Shown here in pieces: positions 10,263 through 19,700 of a DNA stretch of 64,000 nt (its first letter is position 1; each line of letters begins with the position of its first letter). This DNA comes from a virus. Taxonomy: Duplodnaviria > Caudoviricetes. Where the stretch lies: the IMG/VR virus record IMGVR_UViG_3300037418_000840. The stretch is one strand, 5' to 3'. The notes under the pieces were generated by a model. That model saw only the letters and a list, made by a program, of their open reading frames with translations, did not search any database and was not told the DNA's origin. The position numbers and the translations under genes are program-made.

Positions 10263-10505
10263 CTATCTACGTCCTGCGAGTGCTTTTAGCTTCTGTTCTC
10301 TTTCCCAGTCGTCACGACAGTCCAGGTCACAGAACAGATGCGGTGAGCGAACCTTCTCATCACAGTAGTAGCAGTACCCTGAATGCAAAAGGGTTCGGCC
10401 TACGTTGCTTCGAATGTTCGAGATAGTGAAGCTTGTAAGATCTTCTGTAGCTTGTTGAGCGCGGTCTCCTGCGTCCGACAAGCGAACACGGTCCATATGA
10501 TCCAT
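10263..10505 (-). CDS. traR: TraR/DksA-like RNA polymerase secondary-channel factor with C4 zinc finger
   Basis: N-terminal helix SDAGDRAQQATEDLTSFTISNIR has the DxxDxA motif and the residue pattern of F-plasmid TraR; C-terminal CYYC-x9-CDLDC zinc finger. Confidence 0.65.
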   Translation of the reverse strand: MDHMDRVRLSDAGDRAQQATEDLTSFTISNIRSNVGRTLLHSGYCYYCDEKVRSPHLFCDLDCRDDWEREQKLKALAGRR

Positions 10506-10608
10506 GTGAATCCCCGTTCAGTGTTTCTAAGTTATTGCCAGTGTAGCGCGTCACGTAGCCCTCGTGCTACACCATCAAATTGTCTTAGCAACCTTGAACG
10601 GTGGATCC

Positions 10609-11331
10609 TCATTTCTCGTCGTACAGGCCCTTCAAGATCTTTTCAGCCTCGTCCATCTTCTTTTGGTCAACGTTCTTCCCACCACGATTGCGATAGAATG
10701 ACAACCTCGACGATGCTTGCTTGTGACTGTTACTCACTCGTTTGAGCGTCTTAGCTATGTCAGCCGCCGATTTCTCGAACGTGCCTTCGGGCACCGCATT
10801 GTGATCTGGATGTACGTCTTTCACCCACTTTTCAGCCTCGATCAGCCGTTGAGCGGCCCGTAGTTCTGTAGCCATCTGAAGATCCTCCACGTCAAAACCA
10901 GTGTCAAGCACTGCATCATCGAGATTGTGGCCCGGTGGCAGTGCGTACACCGGAGTCTCTGCGCTGGACGTCGTAGACTTTGGACCAGACGTCGGTTTTG
11001 GTTCACCGTAGGCGTTGCGTAGACTTTCTTTTGCGTCGTACAGGCGCTTCTTATCTTCGCCTTGGAGATTACGTCCCTGACGATTGATGTACGAGTTAAG
11101 ACGGCGACTGGCTTGCCCGTAGTCTTCCGAATGTTGCTTGATAACGTTCACCATCTCAGCAGGATTCTTATCGAATGTGCCTTCGGGCAAGACTCGACCT
11201 GGAGTCCGCGGCTTGCCCTTGTACTGACGATCCATTCGATCCTGCCAAGTGTAGTCCTTGTCATTGTTGGGTGGGTCAGTTATCTGACGCTCACCCAATA
11301 GACGACGCACGGCCCGTAGTTGTTTTTGCAT
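10609..11331 (-). CDS. Tandem DUF3175-like domain protein, each unit led by an LRAxxRL peptide
   Basis: Two copies of PEGTF...A..RL..Y.NR.G.N....; ATG at 11331 preceded by GAGG. Confidence 0.6.
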   Translation of the reverse strand: MQKQLRAVRRLLGERQITDPPNNDKDYTWQDRMDRQYKGKPRTPGRVLPEGTFDKNPAEMVNVIKQHSEDYGQASRRLNSYINRQGRNLQGEDKKRLYDAKESLRNAYGEPKPTSGPKSTTSSAETPVYALPPGHNLDDAVLDTGFDVEDLQMATELRAAQRLIEAEKWVKDVHPDHNAVPEGTFEKSAADIAKTLKRVSNSHKQASSRLSFYRNRGGKNVDQKKMDEAEKILKGLYDEK

Positions 11332-11338
11332 CTGGCCC

Positions 11339-11500
11339 TCACTTCTCATCGCGACACGCGTTATACATCTGGACTACCTTCAGCGTGTAGTCCTTCAGTA
11401 ACTCGTTGTCACCGATGGTCGGTAGCGGAGGGCACTCACGATGATGGACTGTGGCACACCCGCTAACGACTACGGCTACTGCAAGGATAAAGATCCTCAT
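11339..11500 (-). CDS. Rz1: Outer-membrane spanin lipoprotein (o-spanin, Rz1-like); absent from the ORF track
   Basis: Translated by hand: MRIFILAVAVVVSGCATVHHRECPPLPTIGDNELLKDYTLKVVQMYNACRDEK*. Lipobox VSG|C, Pro-rich segment, extra Cys residues; ATGA overlap with the i-spanin stop. Confidence 0.85.
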   Translation of the reverse strand: MRIFILAVAVVVSGCATVHHRECPPLPTIGDNELLKDYTLKVVQMYNACRDEK

Positions 11501-11949
11501 TTCGTAGCTCCTTTGACGGCATTGTTAATGCGCGTCCGTTCTGCCGCAGTTACCCCCTTTTGAGCTGCGGCCGCCGCTTCTGTGGCCGCAGTTTTTGCCT
11601 CCTTTGCTACCTTTACCACGTTGGACAACTGAGCACTACGCGCCTTTGCCGTCTTCGCTATGGTGCCCACGCGGTCACTCATTGTTTGAATGAGTGTCGT
11701 CTGCTCTTGAATGCGTGCCGTCTGGTCCGCAAGCAGTGCGTCACGTTCGGCCAGACGCGAATTAGCAGCATCCGACGCCTGGACCAGTCGTGCATTACAG
11801 TCAGCGACTAACGACTCCCGCTGCTTTGCCAACTGTTCGACCATCGATCGTTGCGCGCCGCGATCCTCCATGTTCTTTACCACATAACCTAGAGTGAACG
11901 CAGCACCAACGACCATCAAGGCCCCTAGTTGGGTCCTAATACCGCTCAT
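11497..11949 (-). CDS. Rz: Inner-membrane spanin (i-spanin, Rz-like)
   Basis: ATG at 11949 preceded by GAGGA; N-terminal TM helix (LGALMVVGAAFTLGYVV) then a long coiled coil; overlaps the lipoprotein gene. Confidence 0.8.
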   Translation of the reverse strand: MSGIRTQLGALMVVGAAFTLGYVVKNMEDRGAQRSMVEQLAKQRESLVADCNARLVQASDAANSRLAERDALLADQTARIQEQTTLIQTMSDRVGTIAKTAKARSAQLSNVVKVAKEAKTAATEAAAAAQKGVTAAERTRINNAVKGATK

Positions 11950-12010
11950 GATCCTCGTATGAGTGCGGCGTACGAATCCTTCTCTACGAGTGTCTATCAT
12001 ATCAAGCTCC

Positions 12011-15000
12011 TTATTGATCAGGGAACGCCGCCGTCGGAGGAGTGAAGTTTGCCGTGTATCGAGCAACGCCGTATGTGATACGGAAGTCGTTCAAGAATGC
12101 GGACAAGACAACGTTCCCTGCAACGTCAAGCGAGGTACTGTTTGCGCCGACAGCCAGTGGTGAAGTAGACGCCATCAACGCAGACGAACCGATACTACCT
12201 GATCCGATGGATACGCCGTTTAGATAAAGCGTCACTGTACCTCCACTGCGAACCAAAGCAAGATGGAACCAAGTGTTCAATGTTACAGTGGTAGAGGTGC
12301 TTATGGTCACGGCCCACGCACTGCCTGATGAAGAAAGATAGGCTTGAAACACGCCGTTGTTCAGTTCCACCATCATCGGCGTATAGTTGTTGTTGCTCGT
12401 ACGTTGCGCCCAAAAGCCATTTGACGCACTTCCAGAGTACGTACGTACGTACCACCAGCCTTCAACGGTCCAGTCAACCGCACTCCAAACGGGTAGCTGA
12501 TTGTTAGGCACAGCAATCAACGTGGACTGATTACTTCCATCAAAATCTATGGACGAACCGTTGAACTTCGATTGCGACGTAACAATCGCAGTGTTGCCCA
12601 GAGTTTGTACAGTCTGTTGCAGTGCATTGTCCAAAACCCCCGTCGCAACGTCAGTGGCGTTGTACAGGAATGAAGTGTCCACAACGGCTGTTGACAATGG
12701 GGCTATCGGTGGAGTGAACGTCGCAGTGTACACCGCACTTCCGTTCACTATACGCAGATCAGAGATAAATCCGTTGAAACCTTGTGTCGTTCCATTTATA
12801 GCTTGTCCTATAAGAATAGGTTGGCTCGATCCAAGATTATCTGCGGCTGTGACCGTAGCTACTTGCACTCCGTTCTTGAACAAGCGCCAGACACCGAAGT
12901 TGTCACGCGTCAACGCCACGTGATACCACGTATTCAACGCCAACGCTGTGGAATCGGAATAAACAGTGTTGTTAGGTCCATCGTAGAATGCGAGTTGTCC
13001 AGACGCATTGACCTGCAATGCTGTAGCTTGTGCAGCAACAGCTGATCGTAGATCTACCAGATTACACGCATTCGAATTGACAGACTGCATGTACATCCAG
13101 CACTCAATGGTGAACGCACCTGTGCCAAAACCAAATGATGAAGATGCGGCATACGACAGGTTGGTCCCACCTCCTGCGAAATAGCACGATCCCGCATACT
13201 TTGACGAGGCATACGGCGTGCCGTTGTCCCCGAAAGGATTGAATCTACGAATCGCTGGCGTACCCCCTACCGAAATCGCCCAAGCATTCGTTGAATTGTC
13301 GATCCAACGATTTGACTGACAGCTCAGGAAGTTCGTCCCAGTGATAGCCGTCAGCGGCGCTGTCGAGGGTGTAAAGTTTGCTGTGTAGACTCGCGAACCA
13401 AACACGACTCGCACGTTACTGACATGGCCTCCCCACACCGGATTCGTGCCCACATTGTTGTTACCGATGGCTGCCGCACCTATCCCGAGGTACATGTTGG
13501 TCACACCGTGATTAAAGGTGTTCATCAACTGACCATCGAAGAAGAAGGTACAGGCCCCGGAACCTCCTACCTGAGTAATCGCAAAGTGGTGCCACGTTCC
13601 GGCAGTCAGACTAATGTTGGACGAATTCGCATTGACGATGGTGACCCCGTCGCCATTCGAAAACTGGACCAACATCTGATAAGCACCACCAGTGATGACC
13701 TGAACGCCAAGTGCCAGTTCGAAATTGTTCGTACCAGTCCGTCCCTTCTGCCACATGACATATTCACCAGCCGATCCGATGGTCGTGGGCAACGTCTCGA
13801 ACATGGCCCACATTTCGATGGTGAACGTCTGATTACCTGGTGCTGCGGACGTGGACGCACCATAGGTCAGATACGATGCGGCCGCACCGTTCAAGTGTGT
13901 TGACCAATTCGATCCATAAGGAGTGAACGTCCCTTCAAACGGGCTGCCCGTCGAAGTCAGTGAGATCTGACTCGAAGGCATAGTCGCAGCGAACACGTTA
14001 TTGGCATACGCGTTCTGACCCGTCCCATGGACCAACAGGGCAACGTTGTTGAAATAGGTATCGCTTGAGATGCTGTTGGGAAATGCTGCTGAAGGAGCAG
14101 TAAATCCTGTCGTAGCGTATCGTGCGACACCCAACGTCACCCGGATGTCTTCCATGTAGCCCGTGAAGGGCATGGACGCCCAAGTGGCGTCAGCTCCTAC
14201 CGTGAAGTAGTCACCCGTGCTGGACCCAACCGATCCACTCATGGCCGCACTTCCTACTTGCGTACCATTGATGAACAGATAGAGCGTGTTGCCCGAACGC
14301 ATGGCCGCCACGTGTGACCACGCGTTAGCCGCTGGCGAACTGGTTGACGTCAAATCGGTAGAGTTGTTCCAATGGAAAGCCAGTTTGCCCGCGTTGAGAT
14401 AGAACAACCAGTCACTGTTGGTGCCGTTTTTGGCACACCCCATGATCTGCGCAGTCTCACTGGCAGACGTAGGGTAGATCCAGGCTTCTGCTGTGAAGTT
14501 TACTGACCCAAGCTGAAGGTAGGTACCTCGTGCGCTCAGTGTTGGATACACACTGTTCGCCAGGGCGCCGCTGAAATACAACGAGGTAGTGCTGAATTTG
14601 GACTGGGCGCTGCTTATCTGTGCCGTTCCGACCGTGAGCAGTTCGTGCTGCATCGCGTTGTCATAGACACCAGACGTGCCTGCCGTCTGTGCATTGTACA
14701 GTAAGGCCGTGCTCGCCACATTCGCTGGAATGGACGTGCTCGGGGTGAACGAAGCTGTGTACAGGGCAGTACCGTTGACAAGACGGAGACCCGTCAGATA
14801 ACCACTGAAGAAATTGTGGGCAGTGAATCCGCTTTGATTGTTGTCGGCCCCCAACAGCACTGGTTGTGTCGCGCTATTCAATGCGCCGCTCACCGTCCCA
14901 GTCGTTGCGTCCAGCACGCCGTTGACGAAGAAGCGAACGGTTGATCCTTGACGGGTGATCGCCACGTGATTCCATGCACCCGGCACGATTTTCGCAGACG

Positions 15001-16102
15001 TGCCTGCAATCGAAGCGTTAGTTGCACCGAGGCCATACGTGAACTGCAAGAAGCCCGTATTCAGCGCTTGAAACATGAAGGCACACGAAGACGCGGTGCC
15101 AAATGTCCACCAGCTGAGCAACGACGTATTGACCAACGCGGGCATGTAGACCCAGGTCTCGAACGTGAAGTCGCCAGACAGCTGGAAATTGGAACTCGCT
15201 CCAGTCTGCAAAAAGCCAGACGAACCATCGAACCAGCACGAGCCTCCATACGTAGTCGTGCTGTAGGGCGTGCTGTTGTCGCCGAACGGATTGAGTCGTT
15301 GTATCGCTACAGTGCCCGATGCCGTGAACGCATAGGCGTTCGTGCTGTTGTCCAAGAATCGATTGGACTGACAGGTCAACAGTGCCGTATTGGTCACTGC
15401 CGTCAATGGCGATGTCGATGGAGTAAAGGCTGCCGTGTAGACCGCCGTGCCATTGACAACCCGCAGATTCGACAGATAACCGTTCAATCGCGTGGCACCC
15501 GTGCCCGCACCGAAACCGAGATACAGATTGGTCGCCGCGTAGGTCGACGAATCAGTCACTGTCGTTACCAGTGCTCCGTTGACGAACAATCGACCTGTGG
15601 TCCCTTGTCGTGCATAAGCTACGTGGATCCATGATCCAAGTGGGATGTCCGAAGTCGATGCGTCCTGCGCCGCGACTGTAGTTCCATTAGTGAAGGTCAG
15701 CGAACCGCCGCTCAAGCCCAGCGACCAGCCGCTGAGATTTGATGCATTACGTGTGTCGATGAACAACGCATTGTTTGACTGAGCTATCTCCAGATTCACC
15801 CAGGTCTCGACTGTGAAGTCTGCGACACCGAATGCGAGGGCACTGGTAGCCGTCGCAGTCAGGTAGCCGGTCACGCCGTCAAACATGGTACTCCAGTTGG
15901 CTCCGTACGGCGTGAACGTACCCTCGGTCGCGTTACCTCCGTGACTAAGGGTCGGCAAGTTTGTTGCCTTGAACGTGTTGTTGGCCGCCCCGCTCGCCCC
16001 GTTACCATGCATTAACATGGCTACGTTCTTGAAGTTTGAATCGGTTGGAGCCACTACTGATCCGCTCTTCAGTGCAGCCAATAGAAGTCGATTTGAGCCC
16101 AT
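12011..16102 (-). CDS. Large LamG / ConA-like lectin repeat protein (six jelly-roll domains; putative adhesin or fibre)
   Basis: Recurrent FT.E.W, W.H.A..R.G....LF.NG and GY.S.LR...G.A.YT..FTP motifs occur six times, arranged as two similar halves. Confidence 0.85.
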   Translation of the reverse strand: MGSNRLLLAALKSGSVVAPTDSNFKNVAMLMHGNGASGAANNTFKATNLPTLSHGGNATEGTFTPYGANWSTMFDGVTGYLTATATSALAFGVADFTVETWVNLEIAQSNNALFIDTRNASNLSGWSLGLSGGSLTFTNGTTVAAQDASTSDIPLGSWIHVAYARQGTTGRLFVNGALVTTVTDSSTYAATNLYLGFGAGTGATRLNGYLSNLRVVNGTAVYTAAFTPSTSPLTAVTNTALLTCQSNRFLDNSTNAYAFTASGTVAIQRLNPFGDNSTPYSTTTYGGSCWFDGSSGFLQTGASSNFQLSGDFTFETWVYMPALVNTSLLSWWTFGTASSCAFMFQALNTGFLQFTYGLGATNASIAGTSAKIVPGAWNHVAITRQGSTVRFFVNGVLDATTGTVSGALNSATQPVLLGADNNQSGFTAHNFFSGYLTGLRLVNGTALYTASFTPSTSIPANVASTALLYNAQTAGTSGVYDNAMQHELLTVGTAQISSAQSKFSTTSLYFSGALANSVYPTLSARGTYLQLGSVNFTAEAWIYPTSASETAQIMGCAKNGTNSDWLFYLNAGKLAFHWNNSTDLTSTSSPAANAWSHVAAMRSGNTLYLFINGTQVGSAAMSGSVGSSTGDYFTVGADATWASMPFTGYMEDIRVTLGVARYATTGFTAPSAAFPNSISSDTYFNNVALLVHGTGQNAYANNVFAATMPSSQISLTSTGSPFEGTFTPYGSNWSTHLNGAAASYLTYGASTSAAPGNQTFTIEMWAMFETLPTTIGSAGEYVMWQKGRTGTNNFELALGVQVITGGAYQMLVQFSNGDGVTIVNANSSNISLTAGTWHHFAITQVGGSGACTFFFDGQLMNTFNHGVTNMYLGIGAAAIGNNNVGTNPVWGGHVSNVRVVFGSRVYTANFTPSTAPLTAITGTNFLSCQSNRWIDNSTNAWAISVGGTPAIRRFNPFGDNGTPYASSKYAGSCYFAGGGTNLSYAASSSFGFGTGAFTIECWMYMQSVNSNACNLVDLRSAVAAQATALQVNASGQLAFYDGPNNTVYSDSTALALNTWYHVALTRDNFGVWRLFKNGVQVATVTAADNLGSSQPILIGQAINGTTQGFNGFISDLRIVNGSAVYTATFTPPIAPLSTAVVDTSFLYNATDVATGVLDNALQQTVQTLGNTAIVTSQSKFNGSSIDFDGSNQSTLIAVPNNQLPVWSAVDWTVEGWWYVRTYSGSASNGFWAQRTSNNNYTPMMVELNNGVFQAYLSSSGSAWAVTISTSTTVTLNTWFHLALVRSGGTVTLYLNGVSIGSGSIGSSALMASTSPLAVGANSTSLDVAGNVVLSAFLNDFRITYGVARYTANFTPPTAAFPDQ

Positions 16103-16123
16103 ATAAAATCCTATCTATAGAGA

Positions 16124-16139
16124 GCGGGCCTAGGCCCGC
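16124..16139. other. Perfect 16-bp palindrome GCGGGCCTAGGCCCGC (intergenic hairpin)
   Basis: Read directly between the stop at 16149 and the start at 16102. Confidence 0.6.
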
Positions 16140-16148
16140 CCTCATCGA

Positions 16149-16730
16149 CTACCATCCAGTAGTGAAATCGTACGTCCGTACATCCGACACCAAAGTCAAC
16201 GCCATGATGGCATCATGATGCTTCCTTTCGTTTGTGAACGCGTTCTGGATTTGCGCCGTCATCGTGTTGAGAATTGCTGACGAGTCCGTCGGAGCCAACG
16301 ATATCCAACCGTTCAATCCCTTGAAGTTGATGGTCAGATTATTGGTCACCGATTCACGCAGCACTGTAAATGCCTGCGTGTCAGTTGAGATCTGGATCGT
16401 GTTATACACGACAGGCGCGTAGCTGATGGTCCATCGGTAGGCCGCCAGTTTGGCCAGCAATATCTGCTGACATTGGTCCAGCGGTAAGTCCGTAGTGGTC
16501 CATGCCTGAGTATAACTACCGTCCGCGTTCTGTGTCGGTGTTCCTGGCTCGTATGATGAATACTCATCATTTGGGCTAGGTGTGTTGACCAAGACTGCAA
16601 CGTTGAAGGCAGCGACATCGGCCTGGGTTAGCACCGCTGGAAACGAGACATTCGGATTCCGTTGTCGAAGCTCAGCCTCCGACAATGGAGTCATCGTCAA
16701 AAGATCGATCAAATTCATTTCATGCCTCAT
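16149..16730 (-). CDS. Fibre assembly chaperone (DUF4376-like)
   Basis: LRQRNPNVSFP N-terminal motif and C-terminal ERKHHDAI...L....YDF..GW; lies between two fibre genes. Confidence 0.65.
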   Translation of the reverse strand: MRHEMNLIDLLTMTPLSEAELRQRNPNVSFPAVLTQADVAAFNVAVLVNTPSPNDEYSSYEPGTPTQNADGSYTQAWTTTDLPLDQCQQILLAKLAAYRWTISYAPVVYNTIQISTDTQAFTVLRESVTNNLTINFKGLNGWISLAPTDSSAILNTMTAQIQNAFTNERKHHDAIMALTLVSDVRTYDFTTGW

Positions 16731-16733
16731 ATC

Positions 16734-19700
16734 TTAATGAACGTTAGGTCCGATGACAAACACCATGTAAGTCGATGTCGTCGTGTCATAGACTACACCC
16801 AAAAGGTCAGTTCCCGATACGGTCAGTGACGGCGCAGTTCCGGACGCAAACTGTGTTCCTGCAGGCCACGTAATCGTCGAGGATCCGCCGTTGGTAATCC
16901 GCAGATAGGCAACCTCACTAATGCCCGCCGCCAACGTGTTCGTGAAGGCGATGGTTGTCGCACCTGCGATGGTCATCGTCCATTCGCTGGCAGTCCCCAA
17001 GTTCAGGGTCTGCGTGCCGGACACCGAACCGAGGGCGGTCACCGTGAAGCTATATGCATCACTCTGCGTACGACCTGTGATAGTCGGACTTGCGTTCAAC
17101 AGTCCACCAACACCTGTCACATCAGATGCTTGCAGTGTCACAGCACCCGTACGAGTGTTGAACGAAGTGACTGCGGTGATGCCCGACACAGCAGCCTGGA
17201 CAAAGGCTGTGGTTGCGAGTTGAGTCGTATTCGTTCCTGCGGTCGCCGTAGGAGCCGTTGGTGTCCCAGTGAACGCCGGGCTTGCCAACAACGCGCCTCC
17301 AACACCAGTCACGTCTGCAGCCTGGAGCGTTACGTTCCCAGTACGATTGTTGAACGTATAGACCGTGGCCGTGGTTGCGATCAAGATCATTCCTGCTGAT
17401 CCTGCGGCCAAGAACGTGTAGACCACGCCATTCGTCAAGGTGAACGTTGTTCCTGCTCCGTTGTTGACCTTAACCTGATAGCCAAGACCACCGTCGCTCG
17501 CTTGGTTGTAGACAGTCCACTTACCTGTCGACGGGAAGGTTACGACGGGATTACCGCCAAGCGTTCCAGTGAACTCGATCGCTGAGTAACTGTATTGCTG
17601 AGGCGACAGCGAGAACGAGTTGGCCGAAGCAAAACCGTTCAGCGAGATACTGAGCAGACCCTGTGTCGCACCATAGACGTAGTTGGTGGTCGCCAGCGTT
17701 GTCGAGTTGTCACCGACCCCAGCCGTAGGAGCCGTTGGTGTCCCCGTGAACGCCGGGCTTGCCAACAGAGCTCCGCCTACACCTGTAACGTCCGACGCCT
17801 GAAGCGTGACTGCCCCAGTACGAGTGTTGAACGACGTGACTGACGCACCACCAATCGCTGCCTGAACGAAGGCTGTGGTCGCGAGTTGTGTCGTATTCGT
17901 ACCCGGAGCAGCCGTAGGTGCGGTAGGAACTCCAGTGAATGCAGGACCTGCGAGAGGTGCCGCACCACTGACGTCAGCTACAGCTAGAGTGACCGCGCCC
18001 GTACGTCCTGCTACTGACGTGACATTGGCACTAATCGTACCGTCAGCAGCGATGGTGACGCCGGCTCCCTGCTTGACCCCACCGAGTGATGTTCCAGTCG
18101 CAGCCGCAACCGACAGATTACCCGACGCGTCAACCGACAGACCGCCACTGTTCGGGACAATGACACCACCCAGCGTCGTAGCCGTTGCTGGAGTGATGAC
18201 GTTGACCGCCACGTTGGCATTGATGACCCCAAGCGAGCCGATGGACAACACGTGAGCCGATTCATTTTGAGGCACCACGTAGGTCGATCCAGCACCGTTG
18301 GCAATCGTTACGTGGAACGATCCTGTCGTGTTGTTGTACATCGTCCACTGTCCGCTCGAAGGGACGGTGAGCGTCACGTCAGCAGTCAGTACACCGGTGA
18401 ACTCAAGAACTTGACCACCGTATTGCGCGCTTGTCAACGTCTCGTTCACGTTGCTGAGCGGAATACTCACGGTGTTCAACAGCGTGTTCTGCACGAAGGC
18501 CGTGGTCGACAACGTCGTTGAATTATCGCCGATGGCTGCCGTTGGTGCCGTGGGCAAGCCCGTGAAGGCCGGACTCGCCAACAGAGCTCCACCAACGCCG
18601 GTAACGTCCGAGGCTTGCAACGTCACGGCTCCAGCCCGTCCGTTGAAGGACGACACGCCAAGCGTGTTGAGTACCGAGTGAACAAATGCCGTTGTAGCCA
18701 GATGTTGCGAATTATCGGACGTTGCTTGAGTGACGGCCACCGTATTAGTCGCCTGCACTCCATTGACACCATCAGCAAACACAGTCCAGATTTCGCCTGA
18801 CGGAATCGTTACTGTAGCACCCGATCCGTTGGACATAGTTGCAGCAAATGCCAACGTGTTCCAGAAAGTCCAACGACCAGTGTTTGGCACAGTGATCGTC
18901 GGTGGAGATGATGGGCTACCACCAAGGACAACCGTCGGATACGTGTATTGCTCGAACGTCAAGGCTTGCGATCCTGAGATCGCTGCGGTAATCACTCCTT
19001 GGGTCAACAGTGAAACCGAGTTCAGGTTCATCACCTGAGTGCCAGTCACACTTGCCAGATTGATGTCTGGCGTTGTTGGCGCACCAGTGAAGGCGGGACT
19101 CGCAAGAGGAGCTCCGCCTACACCAGTCACATCGCTCAGCTGGAGAGTTACTGCACCCGTCCGTGTGTTGAACGACGTCACACCCTGAGCTTGAACTGCG
19201 GCCGTAACAAACGCAGTAGTTGCAATCTGCGTGTTGTTTGTGCCCGGAGCCGCTGTCGGAGCCGTCGGTGTCCCAGTAAACGAAGGACTCGCGAGAAGTG
19301 CGCCACCAACTCCACTGACATCTGACGCTTGCAGTGTCACAGCACCTGTCCGCGTGTTGAACGAAGACACGCCTGACGCATTGATAGCCGCCGTAACGAA
19401 GGCGGTGGTAGCAAGTTGATCAGTGTTCGTACCAGGAGCAGCAGTGGGGGCCGTCGGTGTCCCAGTAAACGAAGGACTAGCCAGCAATGCGCCACCGACA
19501 CCCGTCACGTCTGAGGCTTGCAATGTGACGGCACCGATACGTGTGTTGAATGACGATACGCCGGACGAGTTGATCGCCGCAATGACAAACGCAGTAGTCG
19601 CCAGCTGATCAGTGTTCGTTCCTGGGGCAGCCGTCGGCGCCGTGGGCACACCGGTGAACGCAGGACCAGCGAGGAGCGCGCCCCCAACGGTTGACACGTC

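Noticed and set aside
11950-12066. N-terminal extension of the i-spanin shown in the ORF track
   Set aside because: It overlaps the LamG gene end and would bury the TM anchor; ATG 11949 has a good RBS.
16081-16102. LamG protein N-terminus MGSNRLLLAA as another copy of the leader
   Set aside because: It lacks the L(N/R)AA part; only RL..A matches.
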